Source: a virus
Lineage: Duplodnaviria; Caudoviricetes
Virus record (IMG/VR): IMGVR_UViG_3300032268_001435
Coordinates: 1-54,644 of that record
Reading direction: 5' to 3' (one strand)
Length of the DNA: 54,644 nt
Part shown: positions 41,583-51,135 of the stretch, one piece after another
Position numbering within the stretch: the first letter of the stretch is position 1
Layout: each line of letters begins with the position of its first letter
Position numbers and translations under genes: made by a program
The notes under the pieces: model-generated
Told to the model about the DNA's origin: nothing
The model's database searches: none
The model's input: only the letters and a program-made list of their open reading frames with translations

Positions 41583-42086
41583 ATGCGTGTTGTACTTTCT
41601 GATCTTGGTCCCTGGGAGCTGTTGACATCTCATCTTCTTGAAAATGATGACACAGTTGAGTACACATATACAAAATTTTTTGACACTAGACACGGCGGTG
41701 ACAGAGATCCCATCCTCGATTTTAAGAAGACAGATATTGCATCTGTGATATTAAGTTTTATAAATGATGAGTGTCTAAGCGAGTGTGCACTTTCAAAAAA
41801 GATACTAGATAATTTTCAAAAAACTCCTACTGAGGGAGAGATTCTGGACTATCTTTTAGAATTGATGTATGATAATCAAAGAGATTTAGATGTATTTGAC
41901 CTATCACTCTTTGATGCAGGCTCTGGAATTTGCACAATTGAGTTCGAGTTAAAAGGCAAAACTACTGTTGAGAAAATTAGAAAGTCAAGACCTGAAAATG
42001 TGAATCTTCTTGACATTTTTGTTACAACAAAAGTGTGTTATATACAAGCAATTCCAGAAAACTTGAGTGAGAAAAAACATGAGTGA
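41583..42086 (+). CDS. acidic hypothetical protein
   Basis: 167-aa ORF, ATG 7 nt after TAGACT. Confidence 0.65.
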   Translation: MRVVLSDLGPWELLTSHLLENDDTVEYTYTKFFDTRHGGDRDPILDFKKTDIASVILSFINDECLSECALSKKILDNFQKTPTEGEILDYLLELMYDNQRDLDVFDLSLFDAGSGICTIEFELKGKTTVEKIRKSRPENVNLLDIFVTTKVCYIQAIPENLSEKKHE

Positions 42087-42822
42087 ATCAAAAAAGTTTA
42101 AATTCTTCAGAGAAAAGTCAAATATCAATGTCACAGTTGAGGATGACTCATATTATCCACAGCGTCTTTATGTGGGTCCATACTCTAGAAATTCTAAGAC
42201 ACTTTCAGTAGGAATGGAAGTGGATGTCCCTGAAGGCCTTGAGTCTGATGAGGCAGTTCATTATTACAAGAAGGGAGAGACGCAACTTTTTACTCATGTG
42301 AGAGGAGATCTTCCGCAATTTTTTGTTGATCCAAGAGTTCAAGTAAGAATGACTCCTAGTATGGGTAAGGGGTGTTTTGCTCTTGAAGACATTCCAAAGA
42401 ACACTCTCATAGAGTCAGCACCTGTGCTACTTGTACATAAAGACACATTTTCAAATCTCAATAGCTTTAATGGAGGCACTCATAAATTTTCGGAGTATCC
42501 GTTTGGCTGGGGAAGAGATGGACTTTGTGCATTTTCACTTGGTTACGGAGGCATCTACAACCACAGAGTCAATTGTAATTTATCATGGCGTCCAAATTAT
42601 GATTTTGAATCCATGCAATACACTACAACGCGTGATATAGTGGCTGGAGAAGAGCTTTTTATTAGATATGTTCCGCTCTATAAACTAGGTGATCTTTGGT
42701 TTGAGGATGAGGAATCAGAGAGGTATGCAAAAGCATACGAAAAATCTAATAAGGAAGACCCAGGAACTCTAAAGTCGTGGAAGATGTTTCAGCCCGGTTC
42801 AAAATTACCAAAAATTGATTGA
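42079..42822 (+). CDS. SET-domain lysine methyltransferase
   Basis: GKGCFALEDI, YNH and RDIVAGEELFIRY motifs. Confidence 0.9.
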   Translation: MSESKKFKFFREKSNINVTVEDDSYYPQRLYVGPYSRNSKTLSVGMEVDVPEGLESDEAVHYYKKGETQLFTHVRGDLPQFFVDPRVQVRMTPSMGKGCFALEDIPKNTLIESAPVLLVHKDTFSNLNSFNGGTHKFSEYPFGWGRDGLCAFSLGYGGIYNHRVNCNLSWRPNYDFESMQYTTTRDIVAGEELFIRYVPLYKLGDLWFEDEESERYAKAYEKSNKEDPGTLKSWKMFQPGSKLPKID

Positions 42823-42865
42823 AATTCACTATACATTTAACAGATATACACTATAATAATTTGGC

Positions 42866-42937
42866 GCGGCCATAGCTCAATGGTAGAGTCTCAGTTTTCC
42901 AAACTGATTGTTACGAGTTCGAGTCTCGTTGGCCGCT
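42866..42937 (+). tRNA. tRNA-Gly(TCC)
   Basis: GCGGCCA/TGGCCGC acceptor, loop TTTCCAA, U73. Confidence 0.93.
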
Positions 42938-42961
42938 TTACTTTTTAAAAAAAGAGGTCAT

Positions 42962-43639
42962 GTGAGAACACAACGACGTTCTAGGAAGACACGATTCAAT
43001 GCAAATGGCGGAGGAAATTCTGACATGTCACCTGATCAAATGATGCACGTGATGGATGATCCTGATGGCCATCCTATGGGCATCCCTGGTCTGGACAAGG
43101 GTGTTGCTGTTGATGAGAATCGAGTGTACTTCTACGCTCATGTCACTGAGTCTAGTGTTCTTGATCTTAATAAGATCCTCCGTAGTCTAGACACTGAGAT
43201 GCAGTGTCTATCAATTCGATTTGGTCTCAAGAATTCTCCATTTCCAATTAGACTCCACATTCACTCAGGCGGCGGTGACCTATTTTCAGGTCTTGCCGCT
43301 GTTGACACTATTAGATCGCTGAAGACTGATGTTCACACCTACGTCGATGGATCTGCAGCATCAGCGGCGACGCTTATGAGCCTTGCAGGTGACAAGAGAT
43401 TTATTCACAAGAACTCACTTATGCTTATTCATCAGCTTTCAGCTATGATGGTTGAGGGAACTCATGAGCAGTTTAAGGATGAGTTTGAGAATCAGCAGCG
43501 TTTAATGAATCGAATTAAGACCCTGTATCGTGAGAAGGCTCGTATGTCTGATGAGGTTCTTGAGGATCTTCTCAGGCATGATCTCTGGTTGGACGCTGAT
43601 AAGTGTCTGGAATATGGGCTCGTTGACGAAGTGATTTGA
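42962..43639 (+). CDS. clpP: ClpP-like serine protease (start GTG 42962 or ATG 43025)
   Basis: IHSGGG, GSAASAA, LIHQ and DLWLDADKCLEYGLVDEV motifs. Confidence 0.9.
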   Translation: MRTQRRSRKTRFNANGGGNSDMSPDQMMHVMDDPDGHPMGIPGLDKGVAVDENRVYFYAHVTESSVLDLNKILRSLDTEMQCLSIRFGLKNSPFPIRLHIHSGGGDLFSGLAAVDTIRSLKTDVHTYVDGSAASAATLMSLAGDKRFIHKNSLMLIHQLSAMMVEGTHEQFKDEFENQQRLMNRIKTLYREKARMSDEVLEDLLRHDLWLDADKCLEYGLVDEVI

Positions 43640-43643
43640 AAGC

Positions 43644-44204
43644 ATGAATATCTTTGTGTTGGACTTGGATCCGCTCAAGGCGGCAGAGTACCATTGCAAT
43701 AAACATGTCGTAAAGATGATTCTGGAGAGTGCGCAGATGTTGTGCACTGCGCACTGGCTCTCCCTTCTTGATAGCAAATCTAAAAAAATTAATGACTTCA
43801 AGCGTGTAAGAGACTGTCAAGACTGGTTAAAGTCTAATACAGGCACTGCTCTACAGCCTCCGTGGAAGATGACACACATCAACCACCCATGCAGTATTTG
43901 GACTCGCGAGAGCCTTGAGAATTATAAGTGGCACTCTAGACTCGGTCTGGCTCTTTGTGATGAGTACACAAAGCGCTATGAAAAGGTGCACAAGTCTCTA
44001 GGAGTTCATCTGTGGCTTTCCGAGAACAAGCCACTGTTACCATCATTCTCTCTAACAGAGCATCCCAGATGCGTCCCAGATGACTGCAAAGCAGCATCAG
44101 AGGACGTAGTCACATCCTACAGACACTACTACAATCGCTACAAAAATCGGTTCGCCAAGTGGGAACCAAAGTCTCAGACTCCTAGCTGGTACACAGGAAA
44201 GTGA
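43644..44204 (+). CDS. pyrimidine-dimer DNA glycosylase (DenV-like family)
   Basis: MNIFVLD..KHVVKMILESAQML..HINHPCSIW..EYTKRY. Confidence 0.85.
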   Translation: MNIFVLDLDPLKAAEYHCNKHVVKMILESAQMLCTAHWLSLLDSKSKKINDFKRVRDCQDWLKSNTGTALQPPWKMTHINHPCSIWTRESLENYKWHSRLGLALCDEYTKRYEKVHKSLGVHLWLSENKPLLPSFSLTEHPRCVPDDCKAASEDVVTSYRHYYNRYKNRFAKWEPKSQTPSWYTGK

Positions 44205-45841
44205 CACGAATGGAAGACTACAGTAAGTTCTTTCCCTACTCAAACATTAGAGATCAACAGAAGGAAGCAATTGACTTCTGCATCAAGAATCTCAATGAGG
44301 GAAAGCGTTTTATCATCATTGAGGCTGGGACTGGAGTTGGAAAGTCAGCAATTGGTCTGACAATTGCAAAGGCTTTTTGTGCTTTGAATTCTCCGAAGAG
44401 AGACGAAAAGACTGACACGACTTCTGAGGCTGGTGCGTGGTTTGTGACCACTCAGAAGATCCTACAGGATCAGTACACTCGTGACTTTCACAAGATTGGT
44501 CTGAGATCTATCAAGAGCTCGAGCAACTATCAGTGCAAGTTCAAGAAGCATAACACGTGTGCTGACAGCCAGAAGGAGCTGAAGGTCGAGGACAAGGGGT
44601 CCAAGTTTTGGAACTCCTGCATGGGTTACTGCACATACAAGAATGAAAAGCAGGAATTTCTTAAGTCCACGACTTCGGTGACAAATTTTCCCTACCTCCT
44701 TACGGAGTCTAACTACTCGGGAAAGATCACAAAGCGTCAATTGCTTGTAATTGATGAGTCACACAACACTGAAGGTGAACTGAGTAAGTTTATTGAGGTG
44801 ACAGTATCTGAGCGTTTTTGCACGACTGTCCTTAAAATAGACTTTGAGCGACCAAAGACGCAGCATCAGGCACACTTGTGGATTCGTGACATCTACCTTC
44901 CAAAGGTGAAGTCACACGTCGATCACGTTGAGTCTATGCTTGAGAAGTACAGTGGAATCAAGGCAAAGCTCAATGATTTTATTGCTCTCTCAAGACAGAT
45001 TGACCTCCTCAAGGGGCACAAGGAGAAGCTCACAAAGTTTATTGATGTGTACGACTCAGACAACTGGGTGTATGAGTTTGTTGAAGCAGACGGTAAGTCA
45101 ATGTGCAAGCTTTCTTTTAAGCCTATTGATGTCGCTCCTTTTGCGGAGAACATGATTTTTAGACTCGGAGAGCGTGTAATTCTCATGTCGGCAACCATCC
45201 TGAATCGGGATGCATTCTGTCAGTCACTTGGTATCAAGCCAGAAGACTCAGCATTTATCAATCTTCCATCTCCGTTTCCAGTTGAGAATCGCCCTATCTT
45301 CTTTTTTCCTGTGGGCAGTATGACTCAAAATGGAATTGATAATTCACTTCCTAAGCTTGTCGAGGCAATTAAAAGTATTATGACAGAGCATAAGAATGAA
45401 AAGGGCATCATCCATACGCACTCATACAAGATTGCTTCTTATATTAAAAAGCACATCAAGTCAAATCGTCTGCTGGTTCATGATGCGAACAATCGGGACG
45501 AGACATTAGAAAAGCACATGAAGTCTAAGGAGCCAACAATTCTCCTTTCACCATCTATGTCTGAGGGCGTTGATCTCAAGCAGGACATGTCACGATTTCA
45601 GGTCGTGTGCAAGGTTCCGTATCCATACCTCGGAGACAAGCTTGTTAGCAAGCGAATGCACAAGTGGAATTGGTGGTATCCACTGCAGACTGCAAAGACG
45701 ATCGTTCAAGCTGTCGGACGGTCAATTAGAAGCGCAGATGATCATGCTGTCACCTACATTCTAGACTCAAATTGGGAATCTTTCTACAAGAAAAGTCGTG
45801 ATATGTTTCCTCCTGATTTTCATATGTGTCTCAAGAAGTGA
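44201..45841 (+). CDS. DinG/XPD-like SF2 helicase
   Basis: EAGTGVGKS, Cys cluster, DESH, SAT, EGVD and QAVGRSIR motifs. Confidence 0.92.
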   Translation: MTRMEDYSKFFPYSNIRDQQKEAIDFCIKNLNEGKRFIIIEAGTGVGKSAIGLTIAKAFCALNSPKRDEKTDTTSEAGAWFVTTQKILQDQYTRDFHKIGLRSIKSSSNYQCKFKKHNTCADSQKELKVEDKGSKFWNSCMGYCTYKNEKQEFLKSTTSVTNFPYLLTESNYSGKITKRQLLVIDESHNTEGELSKFIEVTVSERFCTTVLKIDFERPKTQHQAHLWIRDIYLPKVKSHVDHVESMLEKYSGIKAKLNDFIALSRQIDLLKGHKEKLTKFIDVYDSDNWVYEFVEADGKSMCKLSFKPIDVAPFAENMIFRLGERVILMSATILNRDAFCQSLGIKPEDSAFINLPSPFPVENRPIFFFPVGSMTQNGIDNSLPKLVEAIKSIMTEHKNEKGIIHTHSYKIASYIKKHIKSNRLLVHDANNRDETLEKHMKSKEPTILLSPSMSEGVDLKQDMSRFQVVCKVPYPYLGDKLVSKRMHKWNWWYPLQTAKTIVQAVGRSIRSADDHAVTYILDSNWESFYKKSRDMFPPDFHMCLKK

Positions 45842-45880
45842 TCAATACTTACAGACTGTTCATTTGAAGGATTCACGTAC

Positions 45881-46273
45881 ATGAGTTACAAAGACGGCGC
45901 AGGATTAATTGTTGTTAGAGACTTTTTTGACGGTCAAAAGTTTTTAATTCTTCTCAATTATGATGGAACATGGGACTTGCCAAAGGGTGGCATGGAGCCA
46001 AATGAATCATCTTTTGAATGTGCAATTCGTGAGACATTTGAAGAAGCTTCTATTGATGATCTTTCATTTGATTGGGGTGTTGATCCAATATCATCAGATA
46101 ATCTCTCTTTCTATATTGCAAGATCTCACCAAGATCCAGTAATTAAAATGAATCCTGTCTATGGAAATTATGAGCATATTCAGGGTGTTTGGGTGAGTCC
46201 AATTATTGCGGTTGAATTACTTCCAGATTTTTTAAAAACTTTTGCAGTCTCAGCAATTGATAGATTACAGTAG
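45881..46273 (+). CDS. Nudix hydrolase
   Basis: PKGGMEPNESSFECAIRETFEE Nudix box. Confidence 0.9.
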   Translation: MSYKDGAGLIVVRDFFDGQKFLILLNYDGTWDLPKGGMEPNESSFECAIRETFEEASIDDLSFDWGVDPISSDNLSFYIARSHQDPVIKMNPVYGNYEHIQGVWVSPIIAVELLPDFLKTFAVSAIDRLQ

Positions 46274-46341
46274 ACTATTGTATGATCTTTAGGTGATAAT
46301 AGTTTATCCCTGCAAATTGAGTGCCATATTTATTATGGAGT

Positions 46342-47559
46342 ATGTCAATATTCAGGGAACACAAAACAATTGCTGATAGGTCTGCATCAGACCGTAGACG
46401 TCACAAGAAGAAGATTGAGGATGCCATCAAAGAGGGCATTCACAATATCGTCTCTGAAGAGTCTATAATCGGTCAGGACGGCAAGAAGAAGATCAACATC
46501 CCCGTCCGCGGTATCAAAGAGTACCGATTCATCTACGGAGACAATGATCAGAACAAAAGAGCTGGATCAGCTCCCGGCGAAGACCTTCAGAGAGGTCAAA
46601 AAGTAGGTGAAGCTGGATCCAAACAAAAAAGTAAAGGCGGTAAGGGAAGCGATGAAAAGGGAACTGAATTCTACGAAGTAGAAATCACCCTCGAAGAGCT
46701 TGCTAATTACCTCTTTAATGATCTAGAGCTTCCTGAGCTTGCCAAAAAGAGCATTAAAAATATAGTTGGCGAGAAGTGGAAGCGACACGGATATAGAAAT
46801 GACGGTATTCGTCCTCGTCTTGATAAGAAAAAGACGGCGATCAACAGGATCAAGCGAAAAAAGTCTGCCCTTAGAAGGGAAAATCTAGAATCGACTTCTG
46901 TGAATGAAGTTCAGACTTCCTCGGTTGAAGATGAGGAAGAGAGATTTCCATATCACGAAAATGATCTGAAGTATCGTCACATCAAGAAAGACGTGAAGGA
47001 GTCATCCAACGCAGTCATTTTCTTCCTGATGGACATTTCCGGATCAATGTCACAAAATAAGAAGTTTCTTGCAAGAAGCTTCTATTTTCTTCTCTATCAC
47101 TTCATTAATGCTCGGTATGAGAACTGTGAGGTCGTGTTCGTTGCACACGACACGGAAGCATATGAAGTTGATGAAGACAAATTCTTCAAGAGAGGAAATA
47201 GTGGTGGCACTGTAGTTTCTTCAGGTCTTCAAATGGTTCAGGATATCATCAACAAGAGATTCCACCCAAACAGCTGGAACATATATTGCTTTCAGTGCAG
47301 CGATGGAGACAATTGGGAGAGTGATGAGAAGAAGACACTTGATCTCGCTTCCTCAATCAAGAGTGTGAGTCAGCTCTTCGGATACTGTCAAATTGAGCCT
47401 AAGGAAGAAAAACTCTCTTGGGATCCTGATAAGAAGCTAAATCAGGTTTATTTGCCTCTTGTTGACAACAACTTTAAAACCGTTGATATTTCTTCAAAGG
47501 GTGATATTTGGCCCGCCTTTAGAAAGCTGCTCGGAAAGAGAGTGCAGGTAAATAGATGA
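46342..47559 (+). CDS. yeaH: YeaH/YhbH (DUF444) VWA-like protein
   Basis: DRRRH, DLELP, MDISGSM, SGGT and SDGDNW motifs. Confidence 0.92.
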   Translation: MSIFREHKTIADRSASDRRRHKKKIEDAIKEGIHNIVSEESIIGQDGKKKINIPVRGIKEYRFIYGDNDQNKRAGSAPGEDLQRGQKVGEAGSKQKSKGGKGSDEKGTEFYEVEITLEELANYLFNDLELPELAKKSIKNIVGEKWKRHGYRNDGIRPRLDKKKTAINRIKRKKSALRRENLESTSVNEVQTSSVEDEEERFPYHENDLKYRHIKKDVKESSNAVIFFLMDISGSMSQNKKFLARSFYFLLYHFINARYENCEVVFVAHDTEAYEVDEDKFFKRGNSGGTVVSSGLQMVQDIINKRFHPNSWNIYCFQCSDGDNWESDEKKTLDLASSIKSVSQLFGYCQIEPKEEKLSWDPDKKLNQVYLPLVDNNFKTVDISSKGDIWPAFRKLLGKRVQVNR

Positions 47560-48878
47560 CACATTTTGATTCCAGTGATGAATGGTCAACGGATCTCCTC
47601 TCTGAGTATGATGAGAGGATTTGTGAGCTAGCTAAGTCAGAAGGTCTTGACTGGTTTCCTATCCACTATGAAGTTTGCGACTACTACTCCATGATCGGTC
47701 ATATGTCGTATCATGGGATGCCCACACACTACGGTCACTGGAGTTTTGGAAAGAGCTTTGAGAGAACCCACCAGATGTACAATCTTGGAATGGAGGGATT
47801 GCCTTATGAGCTCATTATTAATTCAAATCCATCCATAGCATATCTGATGAAGGAGAACCCTGCGTACCTTCAGATTCTCATTATGTGTCATTGTGTGGGT
47901 CACTCAGACTTCTTCAAGAACAATAGAATGTTTAGGGACACTAGACCCGAGTCTGTTGTACAGAGATTTAGAAATGCAAAAAAGAGAATTCAAGGATACA
48001 CAGAGGATCCTCACATTGGAATTGATGAGGTTGAAAAGGTCCTTGATGCTGCACACGCGATTCAGTTTCAGGCAGATAGATTTCCTATTATTAAGCCTAC
48101 ACACAAGGACTTAAAAGATAAGTACATAAAGCTTATAAACGAGGACACGAAGGGCGATTGGAAGAAATTTGATATTACAAAAATTCCACTTGAGCCACAG
48201 TACGATGTTCTTGGATTTATTTCTGAGTACGGTAAATTTGATGACTGGAAGCGAGACATCATTGATATTGTCAGAGATGAAGCAAACTATTTCATGCCTC
48301 AGATTCATACAAAAATTATGAATGAGGGATGGGCAAGTTTCTGGCACTATCGATTAATGAATAAGTTAGAGCTTCCTCAGAAGTACCACATTCCTTTCCT
48401 CAAAAGTCACAACCAAGTCATACGTCCTCATGTAGGTGGTCTGAATCCCTACCACCTTGGATTTGAGATCTTTAAAAAAATCGAAGAGCGTCACGGAATT
48501 GACGAGTGTTTTATTGCACGTGAAACTGCACATGATATAAGCTTTTTACGTCAATACCTAAAAGAGGAAGATGCTTTTGATCTGGGACTTTTTACATTCT
48601 CACGTCAAAAGGACGATTATAAAATTGATGAGATTTCTGATGAGGATGGATGGAAAGAAGTGAAAAACACTCTTATCAAGAATATTGGGATGAGTGGAAT
48701 TCCATCAATTCATATTTCAGAACTCACAAAAGATGATGTTCTAGTTCTGGAACACGATCATGATGGTCGAGATCTAGAACTAAATAATGCTGATGAGGTC
48801 ATCTCACACGTTCATGAGCTATGGGGTGGCGAGGTAAAAATGTTCACTATTGTCGAGGGAGAATCCTGGGAAATTTAA
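47556..48878 (+). CDS. spoVR: SpoVR/YcgB family protein
   Basis: GMPTHYGHWSFGK, YELIINSNP, GHSDFFKNN, TKIMNEGWASFWH and NPYHLG motifs. Confidence 0.95.
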   Translation: MTHFDSSDEWSTDLLSEYDERICELAKSEGLDWFPIHYEVCDYYSMIGHMSYHGMPTHYGHWSFGKSFERTHQMYNLGMEGLPYELIINSNPSIAYLMKENPAYLQILIMCHCVGHSDFFKNNRMFRDTRPESVVQRFRNAKKRIQGYTEDPHIGIDEVEKVLDAAHAIQFQADRFPIIKPTHKDLKDKYIKLINEDTKGDWKKFDITKIPLEPQYDVLGFISEYGKFDDWKRDIIDIVRDEANYFMPQIHTKIMNEGWASFWHYRLMNKLELPQKYHIPFLKSHNQVIRPHVGGLNPYHLGFEIFKKIEERHGIDECFIARETAHDISFLRQYLKEEDAFDLGLFTFSRQKDDYKIDEISDEDGWKEVKNTLIKNIGMSGIPSIHISELTKDDVLVLEHDHDGRDLELNNADEVISHVHELWGGEVKMFTIVEGESWEI

Positions 48879-48920
48879 CAGATTCTCTGCTCAGATATCT
48901 TTACAAAACGGCGGTATTAC

Positions 48921-50855
48921 ATGAAGTCATCAAAGAAGAAGTTCCTAGATCTTATTCAGACACAGCGAGACATCAAGAAGACTGAGAAGTTCGAGGGAAC
49001 TCTCATCGACTACATGGAGGTTGTCAAGCAAAATCCAGACATCACAAAGACAGCTCACAAGAGACTTTGTGATTCCATTGAAAGTAAGGGCGTATCAGTA
49101 ATGCCTGATACTGACTCAAGAAAGCATAGAATTTTTGATGGTGAAAATATCAAAATCTATGACTACTTTCAGAAGGATTTCTTTGGCGCTGAAAGAACTG
49201 TTGCCAAGTTAATGAGATTCTTAAAGTCTGCTGCACACAAGGGAGAGGAATCACGTCAGGTTCTCCTCCTTATGGGCCCAGTTGGCGCTGGAAAGTCAGC
49301 TCTAACAGAGCACATCAAGAGGGCAATTGAGCAGCTTCCATATTTCCACCTCGATGGTGACCCACAGCGTGGTGAGCCACTTCAGCTTGTTCCCCGTGCC
49401 CTTCGTCCAGACTTCGAGAAGGAGCTTGGCGTCACAATTGAAGGTGATATCAGCCCAGTTGCACGCCAGAAGCTGCTTGCGGAGTATGATGGAAAGTACG
49501 AGAATTTCAAGGTTGTTGAGACGACATTCTCCCAGCGTGGACGCCGAGGCGTCGCTTCTGTGCCTCCCATGGATGCAAACAGCCAAGATGTTTCAGTCCT
49601 GATTGGCTCTGAGGACATCTCCAAGCTTGATATCTACGCAGAGGACGATCCACGAGTTCTATCACTCAATGGTGCCTTCAACGTGGGTAACCGTGGTATC
49701 GTTGAGCTCGTTGAGGTGTTCAAGAATGAAATTGAGTTCCTCCACACGATCATCACAGCCACCCAGGAGAAGAGGGTTCCCTCACCTGGCAAGCATGATA
49801 TGATCTATTTCGACGGCGTGATCCTCGCCCACTGTAACGAGTCCGAGTGGAACCGTTTCCAGTCCGAGCACACCAACGAGGCAATTCTTGATCGTCTTGT
49901 GAAGATCAATGTTCCCTACGTTCTAGAGCTAGATCAGGAGGTCAAGATCTACGAGAAGATCCTTGGAAAGGCAAACTTCTCAGCTCATATCGCTCCGCAC
50001 ACACTTAAGGTGGCATCCATGTTTTCAGTGATGTCACGCCTAAAGCCAACGAGCAAGTGTGATCTTCTTACAAAGATGAAGATCTACAATGGAGAGGAGG
50101 TGATTGAGAAGGGACGTGTAAAGAAGGTTGACATTAGAGACCTCCGTGAGGAGGCTCAAAATGAGGGCATGAGTGGTATATCCACCAGGTTTATCATGAA
50201 GTCGATTGACAATGCTCTTACAGATGCAGATAAGAATGTTATTACTCCTATCTCAGTCATGGACTCACTTGTCAAGCAGGTTAAGGAACAAATTGTTGAT
50301 CAGGAGTACAAGGACAAGTGCCTTGAACTTATTCAAAAGGTTGTCCGTGAGGAGTACCTCAAGATCCTCGAGACAGAGATTGCCAAGGCATTCATTGCAG
50401 CATATGAGGAGCAGGCACAGTCACTATTCGATGCTTATCTTGATAATGCTGAGGCTCATGCAACTCGTCAGCGTCTTAAGAACAAGATCACGAAGGAGGA
50501 GATGAATCCTGATGAGAACTTTATGAAGTCCATCGAAGAGATGATTGGCATCACAGGATCATCACGTGATGGATTTCGATCAGACGTCACAGCATATATG
50601 TTCGCAAGAATGCGCCGAGGTGAGAAGGTTGACTACACTTCGTACGAGCCTCTCAAGGAAGCAATTGAGAGTTATCTAATCAGGTCTGTCAAGGACATGG
50701 CGAGAATTGTGACCAAGTCCAAGACACGAGATGATGAACAGAAGAAGAAGTACAACGAGATGGTTCAGACTCTCATGAATGACTACGGATACAACGAGGA
50801 TTCAGCAGAGGAGATTTTGAATTATGCCAGCAATCACCTCTGGAGAGATAGTTGA
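48921..50855 (+). CDS. prkA: PrkA/YeaG AAA+ serine kinase/ATPase
   Basis: GPVGAGKS, NRGIVELVEVFK, APHTL and EGMSGISTR motifs. Confidence 0.95.
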   Translation: MKSSKKKFLDLIQTQRDIKKTEKFEGTLIDYMEVVKQNPDITKTAHKRLCDSIESKGVSVMPDTDSRKHRIFDGENIKIYDYFQKDFFGAERTVAKLMRFLKSAAHKGEESRQVLLLMGPVGAGKSALTEHIKRAIEQLPYFHLDGDPQRGEPLQLVPRALRPDFEKELGVTIEGDISPVARQKLLAEYDGKYENFKVVETTFSQRGRRGVASVPPMDANSQDVSVLIGSEDISKLDIYAEDDPRVLSLNGAFNVGNRGIVELVEVFKNEIEFLHTIITATQEKRVPSPGKHDMIYFDGVILAHCNESEWNRFQSEHTNEAILDRLVKINVPYVLELDQEVKIYEKILGKANFSAHIAPHTLKVASMFSVMSRLKPTSKCDLLTKMKIYNGEEVIEKGRVKKVDIRDLREEAQNEGMSGISTRFIMKSIDNALTDADKNVITPISVMDSLVKQVKEQIVDQEYKDKCLELIQKVVREEYLKILETEIAKAFIAAYEEQAQSLFDAYLDNAEAHATRQRLKNKITKEEMNPDENFMKSIEEMIGITGSSRDGFRSDVTAYMFARMRRGEKVDYTSYEPLKEAIESYLIRSVKDMARIVTKSKTRDDEQKKKYNEMVQTLMNDYGYNEDSAEEILNYASNHLWRDS

Positions 50856-51124
50856 TGCAAGTGAAGTTTTCTTCACCTGAGATCATCTTTTTAATTTCTG
50901 GCGCGCTATTTCTATCAGATAAAACCATTCCAGGCATTGTTTTTGCTGTGCTTGGAGTGGTTGGTTCTGTCGCTAGAGTTGCATTAGAGATGCAAGATCG
51001 ACAAGAGAGAATTAAATTAGATCAGGAAGAGATCAAGGTCGTCTATAGCGTCCTTTCATCTGTATCAAAAATATTTAGTAACATTACTGTCCAACACTAC
51101 GGAGATTCAACTGATTATAATTGA
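50852..51124 (+). CDS. small membrane protein
   Basis: Two N-terminal hydrophobic segments. Confidence 0.65.
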   Translation: MMQVKFSSPEIIFLISGALFLSDKTIPGIVFAVLGVVGSVARVALEMQDRQERIKLDQEEIKVVYSVLSSVSKIFSNITVQHYGDSTDYN

Positions 51125-51135
51125 TTTCGTAGAAG

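Noticed and set aside
42908-42961. ClpP N-terminal extension from TTG 42908
   Set aside because: It overlaps tRNA-Gly; SD-supported starts lie at 42962 and 43025.
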